64,000 nt of DNA from a virus. Under the pieces are notes generated by a model, which saw only the letters and a list, made by a program, of their open reading frames with translations, was not told the DNA's origin and ran no database searches. The position numbers and the translations under genes are program-made. The stretch lies in IMG/VR virus record IMGVR_UViG_3300021957_000004. One strand, 5' to 3'. Positions 1 to 8,733 of this stretch are shown piece after piece. How positions within the stretch are numbered: the first letter of the stretch is position 1; every line of letters begins with the position of its first letter.

Positions 1-618
1 AAATACAAAAAAGATACTCCGAAGATGGAGCTAAAAGATTCACCTTATAATAAAATAGTTAAAGACAATACGATCTTATCCTTCGGTAAGAAGAAAGATA
101 AGAAAGAAGGTTATAACGACGGTGATTCTTCCCGTGGAGATAAAAATTACGATTCATTTAAGACTGGAAAAAAATCTACAGATTCTAAAAGAAGAGCTCA
201 GCAGAATAAGCAAAAGGATATGAAAGATGATAATCCAGATGCATACAAAGATTTACCAGGTGATAAGAAAGCAAGAAAGAAAGGTTTACCACAATCTAAG
301 TTTACAAGTAAATATAAACAGATGTATGGTGAAAACTTTGAAATGACTTTTGAAGATTTTATTATAGAGAATAAAGGTCAGGTAAAAACAGCTTTAAAAA
401 AGAAATCAAAAGCAACAGGTGTTTCAATGTCTATACTAAATAAAGTATTTGATAGAGGATATGCTGCATGGAAAACAGGTCATAAACCAGGAACAACTCC
501 AGTACAATGGGGATTGGCAAGAGTTAACTCTTTCTTAGTTGGCGGTCCAGTTTGGAAAAAGTTTGATAGCGATCAAGCGGAACTAGCAAGAAAGGGCGGA
601 TTTAGCCCAGGAAAATAA
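1..618 (+). CDS. Conserved phage protein, 5'-truncated, probable head-associated/internal protein
   Basis: Frame is open from base 1 (KYKKDTPKM...). C-terminal block VFDRGYAAWKTGHKPGTTPVQWGLARVNSF is familiar from large marine phages. Internal MTFEDFIIE resembles a capsid-targeting/cleavage motif. Confidence 0.55.
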   Translation, partial: KYKKDTPKMELKDSPYNKIVKDNTILSFGKKKDKKEGYNDGDSSRGDKNYDSFKTGKKSTDSKRRAQQNKQKDMKDDNPDAYKDLPGDKKARKKGLPQSKFTSKYKQMYGENFEMTFEDFIIENKGQVKTALKKKSKATGVSMSILNKVFDRGYAAWKTGHKPGTTPVQWGLARVNSFLVGGPVWKKFDSDQAELARKGGFSPGK

Positions 619-629
619 AAAGGAATAAA

Positions 630-1088
630 ATGAAATCATTTAAAGAATTAAGAGAAAATAATACTAAGTTTAAGTCATCTAATCCTACGAAAGATGTTGC
701 AGGATATCCTGAAGCAAAGGGCGTAGTTGGAAAAATTATTAAGTTTAGTGATAGAGATGGCAGAGGAGTTGGCATCGGAACAACAGTCTTAGATAATGGT
801 AAACCTGCAAAAAATGGAAGTAGAGACGAAGTTATTAAAGTAATTAAAAAACATGATATTAAAGGATTTAGATTTGGTGGAGACTTTATGAGAAAAGAAG
901 TTAACGCAAACAAAAACCTAGAATATCCAACTTCTCTTGCTAAGAAAACCGGACTAGTTAAATCAATAGATGGTTATAATGCATCTAAATTTTTACTAGA
1001 CGTAATTAAAAAATTTCCAAAAACGGAAACAAAAGGTAAAGAATATGTGGATTACGATAATGTAATGATCCACTTCATCGAGGTATAA
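630..1088 (+). CDS. Putative internal head protein
   Basis: AAGGA RBS; N-terminus MKSFKELRE resembles the T4 internal-protein capsid targeting sequence. Confidence 0.5.
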   Translation: MKSFKELRENNTKFKSSNPTKDVAGYPEAKGVVGKIIKFSDRDGRGVGIGTTVLDNGKPAKNGSRDEVIKVIKKHDIKGFRFGGDFMRKEVNANKNLEYPTSLAKKTGLVKSIDGYNASKFLLDVIKKFPKTETKGKEYVDYDNVMIHFIEV

Positions 1089-1089
1089 A

Positions 1090-2106
1090 ATGAAATTTAA
1101 AGAATTAAGAGACGTAGTAGAAAAAATGTCAGGTTCTAAATTAACAGGACAAGAGATATCTGTTTGGTACAGAAAGAACAAAGACGTAGATAAAGCAGCT
1201 AAGAAAGACAAGAATATTAAAAAAGCTGTTGAGATAGCATTAGATCACGGCGGAGCTATGAACTTTGCTATTAAGAAGATCGAAAAGATTAAAAGAGGTT
1301 TAGCTGACAATCCTCATGTAGCTAAAGCACTATCTTTTGCAAACTTTGGTGAAGACAAAGATACTATTTCAGAAGGTACATGGGCAGTTCCTGATTCATA
1401 TGAGAATTTACAAAAACTACAATTTAATTTCTTAAATAAAAAAACCCCTGGTACTAAAGCCAATGCTAAACTACTCGCTAGAAAAATATACGGCATATTC
1501 GGGGATGATTCTTTCTTTGATGATTTACTAAGAATAGAAACCGATCCAGACCCTAAAGTCGATCTAAGAGATATAATTGTTAAGCATCTAGAAGATTGGA
1601 ACATGAAATTTAAAAAGGGTGGAGTCTATGTAATCACCCACGCACCTAAAGACTGGTGGGAAAAAGAAGGAGTAGGTGAATCAGCTAAGAAAAGAAAATC
1701 TGGTAATATTAAACCAACAGGTCTTGGTTCTCCTGTAAGAGGTAAACTTATGCCTGTAACGGAAGGTGTTAAAAAAGTAGATTCATTGGATAAAGCAGAA
1801 AGAATGCTTAACTATAAGATTAAAGAACTACAATATAAAACAGCATTAAAAACGTTTAATGAATATGATGCAGATCCAGAAGTAAAGAAAGAAGCTAAAG
1901 GAGCTACAGGATTAAACAATGCAGCTTTAGCAAAAAGAGTTCCAGAAAGATTTAAAGGGATAGATCAAAAAACAGCCCAAAGAGTAGCAGATGCAGTTAA
2001 GCCAAAAGGTATGATTAGCACTAAACTCTATATGGAGTTAGGTGATCTTTGGGATAAAAAGAATACAAAAGGGTTTGAAGCTCTTCTTAAGAAACATAAG
2101 GTATAA
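1090..2106 (+). CDS. Putative internal head protein (Lys-rich)
   Basis: GAGG RBS; MKFKELRDVVE start; several hydrophobic-X-E sites. Confidence 0.5.
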   Translation: MKFKELRDVVEKMSGSKLTGQEISVWYRKNKDVDKAAKKDKNIKKAVEIALDHGGAMNFAIKKIEKIKRGLADNPHVAKALSFANFGEDKDTISEGTWAVPDSYENLQKLQFNFLNKKTPGTKANAKLLARKIYGIFGDDSFFDDLLRIETDPDPKVDLRDIIVKHLEDWNMKFKKGGVYVITHAPKDWWEKEGVGESAKKRKSGNIKPTGLGSPVRGKLMPVTEGVKKVDSLDKAERMLNYKIKELQYKTALKTFNEYDADPEVKKEAKGATGLNNAALAKRVPERFKGIDQKTAQRVADAVKPKGMISTKLYMELGDLWDKKNTKGFEALLKKHKV

Positions 2107-2108
2107 AC

Positions 2109-2624
2109 ATGAGAAAATATAATCCAACAAATTCAAAAATTACAGTAGACGAAAGCGGTAGAGTAAAATTTAAATATCCGCAAGAAGATATATCTGAAGC
2201 TAAGATGAAAGATCTTCTTCGTAAACATAAAAGAGAATTACAAAAAGCACAAAGAAGCGGTAATTTAGAATTATCTAAAAAAGCAGAAGAAGATCTAATG
2301 CAATGGGCAATGGATGCTGGAGAAATTAAAACTGACGATCCAGATGATTTTAGCGATTGGTTAGATGATAACCTTGACGATATAATTAAAGGTAGAATTA
2401 AAGAAGATGTAGATTTATCAGAAGCTAAATTTAATTCAAAGAAAGAATTATCAGATGTTGCAAAGCTAGATAAACTACTAGAGAATGCATACAAAGGTAT
2501 GGGTAAATTACAACATGGTAAGTCAGAATACCTAAGAAAATTAAATGATGGTATTGTAGAAGCTAGAAGAGCTCTAGATACTTACGTTGATGCTATTAAG
2601 AGTGGAAAGTTAGACGACAAATGA
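2109..2624 (+). CDS. Hypothetical protein, probable internal head protein
   Basis: Tight packing with neighbours; repeated ISEAK/LSEAK motifs. Confidence 0.5.
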   Translation: MRKYNPTNSKITVDESGRVKFKYPQEDISEAKMKDLLRKHKRELQKAQRSGNLELSKKAEEDLMQWAMDAGEIKTDDPDDFSDWLDDNLDDIIKGRIKEDVDLSEAKFNSKKELSDVAKLDKLLENAYKGMGKLQHGKSEYLRKLNDGIVEARRALDTYVDAIKSGKLDDK

Positions 2625-2953
2625 AAAAGTTTAAAGCATTTAAGAAAGAAGAAGATTCACCTTGTTGGCCTGGATATAAGCAGGTTGGAACTAAGATGAA
2701 GAATGGTAAAGAAGTTCCTAACTGTGTTCCAATTGGGGAAGATTTAGACGAAGCTCCATTAGTAATGAATGATATGGATATGGTAAAAGCTATATTAAAA
2801 AAGGTCGAAGATGATATAGCAAAGCTTAGTTTAAGGAAGAAAATAGAACAAGCCTGGCCGAAGATTCAGATACTAGCTAAAATGGCTGGTTATAAAGTAA
2901 CCAAAACTGCACAAGAAAAAGGCAGAATATTTAGGTCGGACATTAAGAAATAA
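2621..2953 (+). CDS. Hypothetical protein with CWxGY...PNCVP motif
   Basis: PCWPGYKQVGTKMKNGKEVPNCVP is a module common in phage head-region proteins; MKKFKAFKKEE start. Confidence 0.6.
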   Translation: MKKFKAFKKEEDSPCWPGYKQVGTKMKNGKEVPNCVPIGEDLDEAPLVMNDMDMVKAILKKVEDDIAKLSLRKKIEQAWPKIQILAKMAGYKVTKTAQEKGRIFRSDIKK

Positions 2954-3327
2954 TGTATACTTTTAAAGAAAAGGATTTTGGAATGTATGAAGGTAAAACT
3001 TATCCACTAGAAACTCCTATGTTAGAAGGTGGACCAGAGCCAGAGTTAAATAAACCAAAGCGAAGCGGACCAGATGATCCTAAAAAATTCGTGGTTTATG
3101 TAAAAGACCCAAAGACAGGAAACGTTAGAAAAATAAATTTTGGTAATGAAAAAGATTTTGATGGCGGTAACGCTAAGATAAATAATAAAGATAGAGCTAA
3201 GGCTTTCTCAGATAGACATAATTGTCCAGCTAAGAAAGATAAACTATCTCCAGGTTATTGGTCTTGTAACTTACCGAGATATGCTAAAGAGCTAGGACTT
3301 ACAGGTGGTGGAAATTACTTTTGGTAA
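2953..3327 (+). CDS. Conserved phage hypothetical protein
   Basis: KKFVVYVKDPKTGNVRKINFG...RHNC...PGYWSC is a recognisable conserved phage domain. Confidence 0.65.
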   Translation: MYTFKEKDFGMYEGKTYPLETPMLEGGPEPELNKPKRSGPDDPKKFVVYVKDPKTGNVRKINFGNEKDFDGGNAKINNKDRAKAFSDRHNCPAKKDKLSPGYWSCNLPRYAKELGLTGGGNYFW

Positions 3328-3580
3328 ACCATACGAAGACTCTAGTAACATAAGAGAATTCGATGTTAAACGGGATGATGCCGAATATGTATGGCATAAG
3401 GATCCTGAGAACAGAGAATGTGAAATATTGGAAGGGGATGGATGGCAATTCCAATACGAAAATGCACTACCTTGGGCTATTCACCCAGGGATGATTTTTG
3501 AAATAAGAGGAAAGAATCATATGCATAGGTTAATTAAAGGAAAGAATAACTTAAAAATTAGGATAAAAAAACATGAGTAG
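3305..3580 (+). CDS. Hypothetical protein, possible cupin-like fold
   Basis: WHKD...E...H.HRLIKG pattern. Confidence 0.5.
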   Translation: MVEITFGKPYEDSSNIREFDVKRDDAEYVWHKDPENRECEILEGDGWQFQYENALPWAIHPGMIFEIRGKNHMHRLIKGKNNLKIRIKKHE

Positions 3581-3890
3581 AGAAACTCAGGCGACCAAAC
3601 TTTCGCGTATAGAGGCGGATGCTACCGCAAGATTTGATCGTATAGAAAACAAAATGGACAAACTGTCCGAAGCAATCATCGCGCTTGCGAGGGCAGAAGA
3701 AAAGATTTTAACTCTTACATCTTTCAGTAAACAACAATCTGAACAGATTCAAAGGGTTATAAATAGGGTTGATAGTATAGAAGAACTGGTTACATCCAAT
3801 GCTTCAACTATCAATATTATTAACAAGATATTCTGGATTATCATGGCCTCAGCGGCCACTGTGATTACTGGAATGCTTATATTGCAATAG
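3573..3890 (+). CDS. Coiled-coil protein with C-terminal TM helix
   Basis: Heptad-rich body; hydrophobic C-terminus IFWIIMASAATVITGMLIL. Confidence 0.6.
   Translation: MSRETQATKLSRIEADATARFDRIENKMDKLSEAIIALARAEEKILTLTSFSKQQSEQIQRVINRVDSIEELVTSNASTINIINKIFWIIMASAATVITGMLILQ
3768..3775 (+). promoter_or_regulatory. T4-type late promoter TATAAATA
   Basis: Exact gp55 consensus upstream of ORF 3903. Confidence 0.45.
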
Positions 3891-3902
3891 AGGAAAATAT
3901 AA

Positions 3903-4742
3903 ATGAATAATTTATGGAACGATGACCTAACTCAAAGCATTGCTAGCACAGTAAACGATGTACTAGAAGGTAAAAAGAGTTATAAAAAAGAAGAAATGGA
4001 TCCAAAAGATCATGTCAAATCTGGCAAAGATGGTGGATTCGATGTTGTAGATGCTAATGGCGACGTAGTTAAATCTTTCGGTAAGAAAGAAGAAGCTGAA
4101 GGTTATGCTATTAAAAACCACGACAAATTAATGTCTGCTAAAAACGAAGTAGCAGAACCAGAACCAAAAGGCGAGAAGGAATTCAAAGCTAAGCATAAGG
4201 TTAAAAAGTCTGGCGACAAAGAAGACGGTACTAACATGAAAGAAGAGATTACTATCTCTATTGATTACATGCATAAGATCGACGAAAAGCTTAAGCCAGG
4301 AAAAGGTAAAGAAACAATCGATGTAGATTACATTGGTGATAAAGGTCTTACCAAAAAACTAGAAAGCAAGTTTAAAGTAAAGATTAAACAAACTGGTTCT
4401 ACAACAGCTGATATAACAGGCGAGAAGAAAAATATTCTATCTTTCATGAAATCAGATGCTTATATGATGGATGATGGAGATATCGAAGAACTATTTCCAG
4501 AACTATTAGAATCTGTTTCTCCAGAGATGGCAGACGAACTTCCAGCAGCTGGTAAAGAAACTGGTTACATGGACGAAGAAGAAAAAGATCTTTCTCCAGC
4601 TCAGAAAAAATATCAAGCGTTTTTTAAGAAAGCTCTTAAGAAATTTGACGCTGAATCACCAGCTGATTTAGACGACGAAAAGAAAAAAGAATTCTTTAAC
4701 TACATTGATAAAAATTATAAAGGCGACAACGAAAGCGACTAA
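3903..4742 (+). CDS. Charged protein, probable prohead core/internal protein
   Basis: GAGGA RBS; K/E/D-rich with multiple hydrophobic-X-E sites. Confidence 0.55.
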   Translation: MNNLWNDDLTQSIASTVNDVLEGKKSYKKEEMDPKDHVKSGKDGGFDVVDANGDVVKSFGKKEEAEGYAIKNHDKLMSAKNEVAEPEPKGEKEFKAKHKVKKSGDKEDGTNMKEEITISIDYMHKIDEKLKPGKGKETIDVDYIGDKGLTKKLESKFKVKIKQTGSTTADITGEKKNILSFMKSDAYMMDDGDIEELFPELLESVSPEMADELPAAGKETGYMDEEEKDLSPAQKKYQAFFKKALKKFDAESPADLDDEKKKEFFNYIDKNYKGDNESD

Positions 4743-4754
4743 ACAGGAAAAAAA

Positions 4755-5210
4755 ATGAAAACATTTAAAGAAATGAAACAATACATTCAGGTACATGAAA
4801 GGTTTAAAGCTAAACCGCCTATGTCAGGTATGCACTTAACAGGGTTTGAGGGCAAATTAAAACTAAATCAACAATCTGGGCACGAAGATAATCATAGTGA
4901 TGCAGTTATTAAGGACTTCAAAGCTGCGGTTAAAATAGTAGATAAACATCTTAAAAAATTAGGAATGAAATCTGTTCCTGAAGTTTTTGTTGGACCTAAA
5001 GACGTTGCAAAAGAAAAAGGCGTTAAGGTTGGAGCATTTGCTAGTGATTTTGCTATTAGCGTATATCCAGGATTTCGAGATGGCCCTAAATTGCCATCTG
5101 GTAAAAAAGATTCTGAAATTAATTTAGACCCAATGGTAGCTGAATTAGGCAAGCTAAAATCCTTCGTCAACTTTCCAAGAAGCGACTGGAGCGATAACTG
5201 GGACAAATAA
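4755..5210 (+). CDS. Putative internal head protein
   Basis: Starts MKTFKE, like T4 IPI. Confidence 0.55.
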   Translation: MKTFKEMKQYIQVHERFKAKPPMSGMHLTGFEGKLKLNQQSGHEDNHSDAVIKDFKAAVKIVDKHLKKLGMKSVPEVFVGPKDVAKEKGVKVGAFASDFAISVYPGFRDGPKLPSGKKDSEINLDPMVAELGKLKSFVNFPRSDWSDNWDK

Positions 5211-5228
5211 GCTATCATAGATAGTTAC

Positions 5229-5600
5229 ATGATGAAAATATTTGACGAGCTAAACGCTAAGAACTTTAAACTGTTCGCAGCCAAACATTATAGCAATCCA
5301 GAATGCACTGATGCATCTGAGTTTGAAGAAGATCTTTCTAGATTTAAATATCTAAAAAGGTTATTAAGACGATATGAAGAAGCAGAAGATTTACAGGAAC
5401 GACTGATTCTTAACCATATAATTGTCTTATATAATGTATTTGGAATAAAAGCTGCGAACAAAATGATGTGGTATAAAATACAACCAGAATACTGGCATTA
5501 TATAAAACCGTTCTTAGTATTTTTAAATTATCTACCTGAACAGGAAAAGGTAGATGTACCATTAGATCCATTAATAGTAGAGAGGTTACGAAATATATAA
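5229..5600 (+). CDS. Conserved T4-like phage hypothetical protein
   Basis: FDELNAKNFKLFAAKHYSNP...ERLILNHIIVLYNVFG is recognisable from marine T4-like phages. Confidence 0.7.
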   Translation: MMKIFDELNAKNFKLFAAKHYSNPECTDASEFEEDLSRFKYLKRLLRRYEEAEDLQERLILNHIIVLYNVFGIKAANKMMWYKIQPEYWHYIKPFLVFLNYLPEQEKVDVPLDPLIVERLRNI

Positions 5601-6187
5601 TGGGAATATTATCAAGAGCAGCAGATTTAGGATATGCATTTAGATTCCTAAAACTTTTGACCACTAAGTGGGAAAAGCTACCTGCCTATGAATTAGGTAT
5701 AATTGATAAGCGTGGACGTAATATTAAAAAAGCAAAAGAGCTTACAACCCCAGAAGAAAAATCTGCATATACTATTTTTCATAGATTAGTATTTAATGTT
5801 AAAAGATTAATACAATTAGTTCCTGGTGGTAAATCTACCTTAGGTTCTTATGCAGCAGCTTTATTTTTAATTAAAGAACATACGGGTATGTCTGACAATA
5901 AGATAGAAGAAGTATTAGGTAAAGCTCTTGATGGTGATTTAGATAATTCTATTACAGAAAGTACTTGGTTTATAAAAGAGGGAATGCTAAACCCTGGTGT
6001 GTATTGTTTAACTAAAGACATAGTTTCATATAATACAGGTGAAATCATAGCACAAAAGAATTCAAAAGTAAAAGTAGATGAACATTCTGATCCATATTCC
6101 TCAATATTTGGTCATAACATCTATGAGGTTAAACACGTTTTAACAAAACAAAACTTATATATAAGTAATGAGGATATAAAAAGATGA
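5600..6187 (+). CDS. Conserved hypothetical protein
   Basis: FRFLKLLTTKWEKLPAYELGIID...FHRLVFNVKRL; coupled to upstream stop. Confidence 0.65.
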   Translation: MGILSRAADLGYAFRFLKLLTTKWEKLPAYELGIIDKRGRNIKKAKELTTPEEKSAYTIFHRLVFNVKRLIQLVPGGKSTLGSYAAALFLIKEHTGMSDNKIEEVLGKALDGDLDNSITESTWFIKEGMLNPGVYCLTKDIVSYNTGEIIAQKNSKVKVDEHSDPYSSIFGHNIYEVKHVLTKQNLYISNEDIKR

Positions 6188-6420
6188 GACGAACATTTCA
6201 AGAATATATAAAACAATGGGAAGATTCCGCAGCTAATAGCGTCGGAAATGGTGGTGTTTCCATGCCTTCTGATATGATGCCAAAAGATAAACATAAGAAA
6301 CACAAAGATAATAATAAAATCCAAAAAAGAATCTATGACGGACGTACTAAAGAAGGGCGTAAATTTGTAGAAAGGATTATGGCTAAAAGAGCAGCAAGAG
6401 AAGCAGCTAAGAATAAATAA
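6184..6420 (+). CDS. Small basic protein
   Basis: MRRTFQEYIKQWED start; YDGRTKEGRKF motif. Confidence 0.6.
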   Translation: MRRTFQEYIKQWEDSAANSVGNGGVSMPSDMMPKDKHKKHKDNNKIQKRIYDGRTKEGRKFVERIMAKRAAREAAKNK

Positions 6421-6701
6421 TGAGAAAATATTTTGTTATAATAGGTAATTTTTTATCCAGAGCCTGGCAATTCTTACTTTCCTTATTCGAGGAACATCAG
6501 CACTTACATGTAACCCATGCGAAATATAATTCCGAAGGTGAAGTGGTAGATGTATTAATTAAATCATTTAAAGTCCGTAAGTTTTATAAAAAAACTCCAA
6601 AGCACATGAAGTTTAAGACAATGGAAGGAACATTCGTAGAGCTAAATGCAGCTACGCCTATGGATTACATGACAGAATCAATGTTAAAGTCGGAGATATA
6701 A
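6420..6701 (+). CDS. Hypothetical protein
   Basis: Stop/start overlap with neighbours. Confidence 0.55.
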   Translation: MRKYFVIIGNFLSRAWQFLLSLFEEHQHLHVTHAKYNSEGEVVDVLIKSFKVRKFYKKTPKHMKFKTMEGTFVELNAATPMDYMTESMLKSEI

Positions 6702-6702
6702 T

Positions 6703-7098
6703 ATGCAACAATTTTTTATAGCAATAATATTAGTATTAGGTTTAGGATGTTGGTGGCTATACAGCGAAAACCAAACCCTTACATTTAATAATATGCAATT
6801 AGAAGTAGCAATAACTCAACAAGAGGAAGCTATGGAAGCGATGAGAGAATCGTATGAAAAACAAGGTGAAAGCCTTAATCAAATGATGAGTAGGAATGCT
6901 CAGATAGAAGCTGAAAAGAACAGATACATGGATATATTTAAAAGACATGATTTAAACAAATTAGCTATAGCAAAACCTGGTTTATTAGAAACCAAAGTGA
7001 ATAGAGGTACAAAAAATGTTTTTGACACAATTGAAAACGACAGCCGTGAGTTGGACTCGCTTGACGATCCTTCCGGCGATATTAATCCTAACAACTAG
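6703..7098 (+). CDS. Rz-like inner-membrane spanin
   Basis: N-terminal TM followed by coiled coil; overlaps a downstream lipoprotein gene. Confidence 0.6.
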   Translation: MQQFFIAIILVLGLGCWWLYSENQTLTFNNMQLEVAITQQEEAMEAMRESYEKQGESLNQMMSRNAQIEAEKNRYMDIFKRHDLNKLAIAKPGLLETKVNRGTKNVFDTIENDSRELDSLDDPSGDINPNN

Positions 7099-7612
7099 TT
7101 GTTCGACATTCGGGGTTAAACCTATCCAGGTTAGTTCCAAGCCGGTAGAGATTAATATTATCCAACCAGCAATGCCACGTGGTATTGATTTAGAAGATAT
7201 TAAATGGAACGTAGTTTCAACTGCACCTATTGCTAATCCATGTGTTAAGAATAGTGACTCAGACCCAGACAAACCAGGTGCTAGAGAAAAAGAAGATCAT
7301 CCAGATGGATTATTAAAAGAAGATGGTACGCCAGTAAGAGTGTGCAAGAACGGAAAAGAAAATCCAGAATGGCCAGAAGGTTATTCTTATTTAGATCAAT
7401 TCTTAGACAACAATAGAAAATTAAATAATGGTGATGTGGTTTTTATGGCTATATCAGTAGGTGATTATGAAATTATGAGTGGTAATATGCAAGAGCTTCG
7501 TAGGTACATAAGAGAAGTACAAGAGGTTGTGGTTTATTATCGTAATGTTACAATCAAAACTCCAAAAGGCGACGTAGATGCAGTTGGGGTAAAAGCTAAG
7601 GTAAAACAATAA
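7016..7612 (+). CDS. Rz1-like outer-membrane lipoprotein (o-spanin)
   Basis: Signal peptide with lipobox LTTSC; Pro-rich; overlaps Rz-like gene in another frame. Confidence 0.55.
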   Translation: MFLTQLKTTAVSWTRLTILPAILILTTSCSTFGVKPIQVSSKPVEINIIQPAMPRGIDLEDIKWNVVSTAPIANPCVKNSDSDPDKPGAREKEDHPDGLLKEDGTPVRVCKNGKENPEWPEGYSYLDQFLDNNRKLNNGDVVFMAISVGDYEIMSGNMQELRRYIREVQEVVVYYRNVTIKTPKGDVDAVGVKAKVKQ

Positions 7613-8370
7613 TGGCAAGCACAAAACATAAAGAAGAAATGACCCAAATGGAAAGAGCACTAATAGGTGCAAAGCTATCTGCACATGCTTATAAGACAGA
7701 GAAACAAGCAATTGCAGCTACAAAGAAAATGGGATTTCCATGGTGTAAATTAATATCTAAAGATGGAGCAGAATGTTTAGTCGTAAAAGATAGAAACGAT
7801 TTATGGTTTGCATTTAGAGGAACAGAACCTAGTAAACTAAACGACGTTATGGCGGACTTAAATGTAATTAAGAATTCGGCTATGGCAGGCGGCAAAGTTC
7901 ATGGCGGATTCCAGCAAGAGGTTAATGACCTTTGGATGGATATATTAGCAGAGATAGAACATAACCAACAATTAAAAATACAGAAAGACATTTATATGAC
8001 CGGACATTCTTTAGGTGCAGCAATGGCAACAATCGCAGCCACTCGTCACCAACCGGTTGAACTATTCACATTCGGATCACCAAGAGTTGGTGGACATAAA
8101 TTTATTAAAAATATAAAATGCCCACACTTAAGGTTTATGAATAACAACGATATCGTGGCACGAATCCCACCAGCATGGCTAGGGTTTACACACCACGGAG
8201 AGATGATTTACTTTAACAGGTTTGGCGAAAAGCAAGATAAACCAACATGGAAAGATATGTTCCATGGTATGTTAAATAGTTGGAAGAGATGGAAATTCTT
8301 TGATGGCATAGTAGATCACGGTATGCCAAACTATGTGAAAGCAATTGCTAAGCTTGCAAAGGTAAAGTAA
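7612..8370 (+). CDS. Lipase class 3 family protein
   Basis: FRGT, VHGGF, GHSLGAA nucleophile elbow, TFGSPRVG, NDIV, terminal DH. Confidence 0.9.
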   Translation: MASTKHKEEMTQMERALIGAKLSAHAYKTEKQAIAATKKMGFPWCKLISKDGAECLVVKDRNDLWFAFRGTEPSKLNDVMADLNVIKNSAMAGGKVHGGFQQEVNDLWMDILAEIEHNQQLKIQKDIYMTGHSLGAAMATIAATRHQPVELFTFGSPRVGGHKFIKNIKCPHLRFMNNNDIVARIPPAWLGFTHHGEMIYFNRFGEKQDKPTWKDMFHGMLNSWKRWKFFDGIVDHGMPNYVKAIAKLAKVK

Positions 8371-8372
8371 TT

Positions 8373-8693
8373 GTGTATTTGCTTTTCATCCTAACAGTAA
8401 AGTCTATATTTACTTCTGTTGTAGGTTCCAAATTTTATAAATGGTATCAAACAACAACCCTCGGGATTAGATCTCAAAAGCGTTTAGATGACTTTATGGA
8501 ATACTTATCTAACAAGTATGACATAGAGCTAATTAAACAGCAATCCAAATTTGAAGCGGACTATCCGTTAATTATGAAGAGAATAGAAGAGCTAGAAAAA
8601 ATAGCCCATCCGAAATGTGGCATCGAAAGCTTTGATGGTTATCAAGATATAATTGATAGCATCGAAGCATGTAATAAAAAACACGATAAATAA
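8373..8693 (+). CDS. Hypothetical protein
   Basis: GTG start; fills the gap before the nrdA promoter. Confidence 0.5.
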   Translation: MYLLFILTVKSIFTSVVGSKFYKWYQTTTLGIRSQKRLDDFMEYLSNKYDIELIKQQSKFEADYPLIMKRIEELEKIAHPKCGIESFDGYQDIIDSIEACNKKHDK

Positions 8694-8696
8694 ATA

Positions 8697-8725
8697 TTTA
8701 CTTTCTCACGAAAGTATGATATAAT
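8697..8725 (+). promoter_or_regulatory. Early (sigma70-type) promoter of nrdA
   Basis: TTTACT-17 nt-TATAAT with TG extension. Confidence 0.65.
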
Positions 8726-8733
8726 ATATTATT

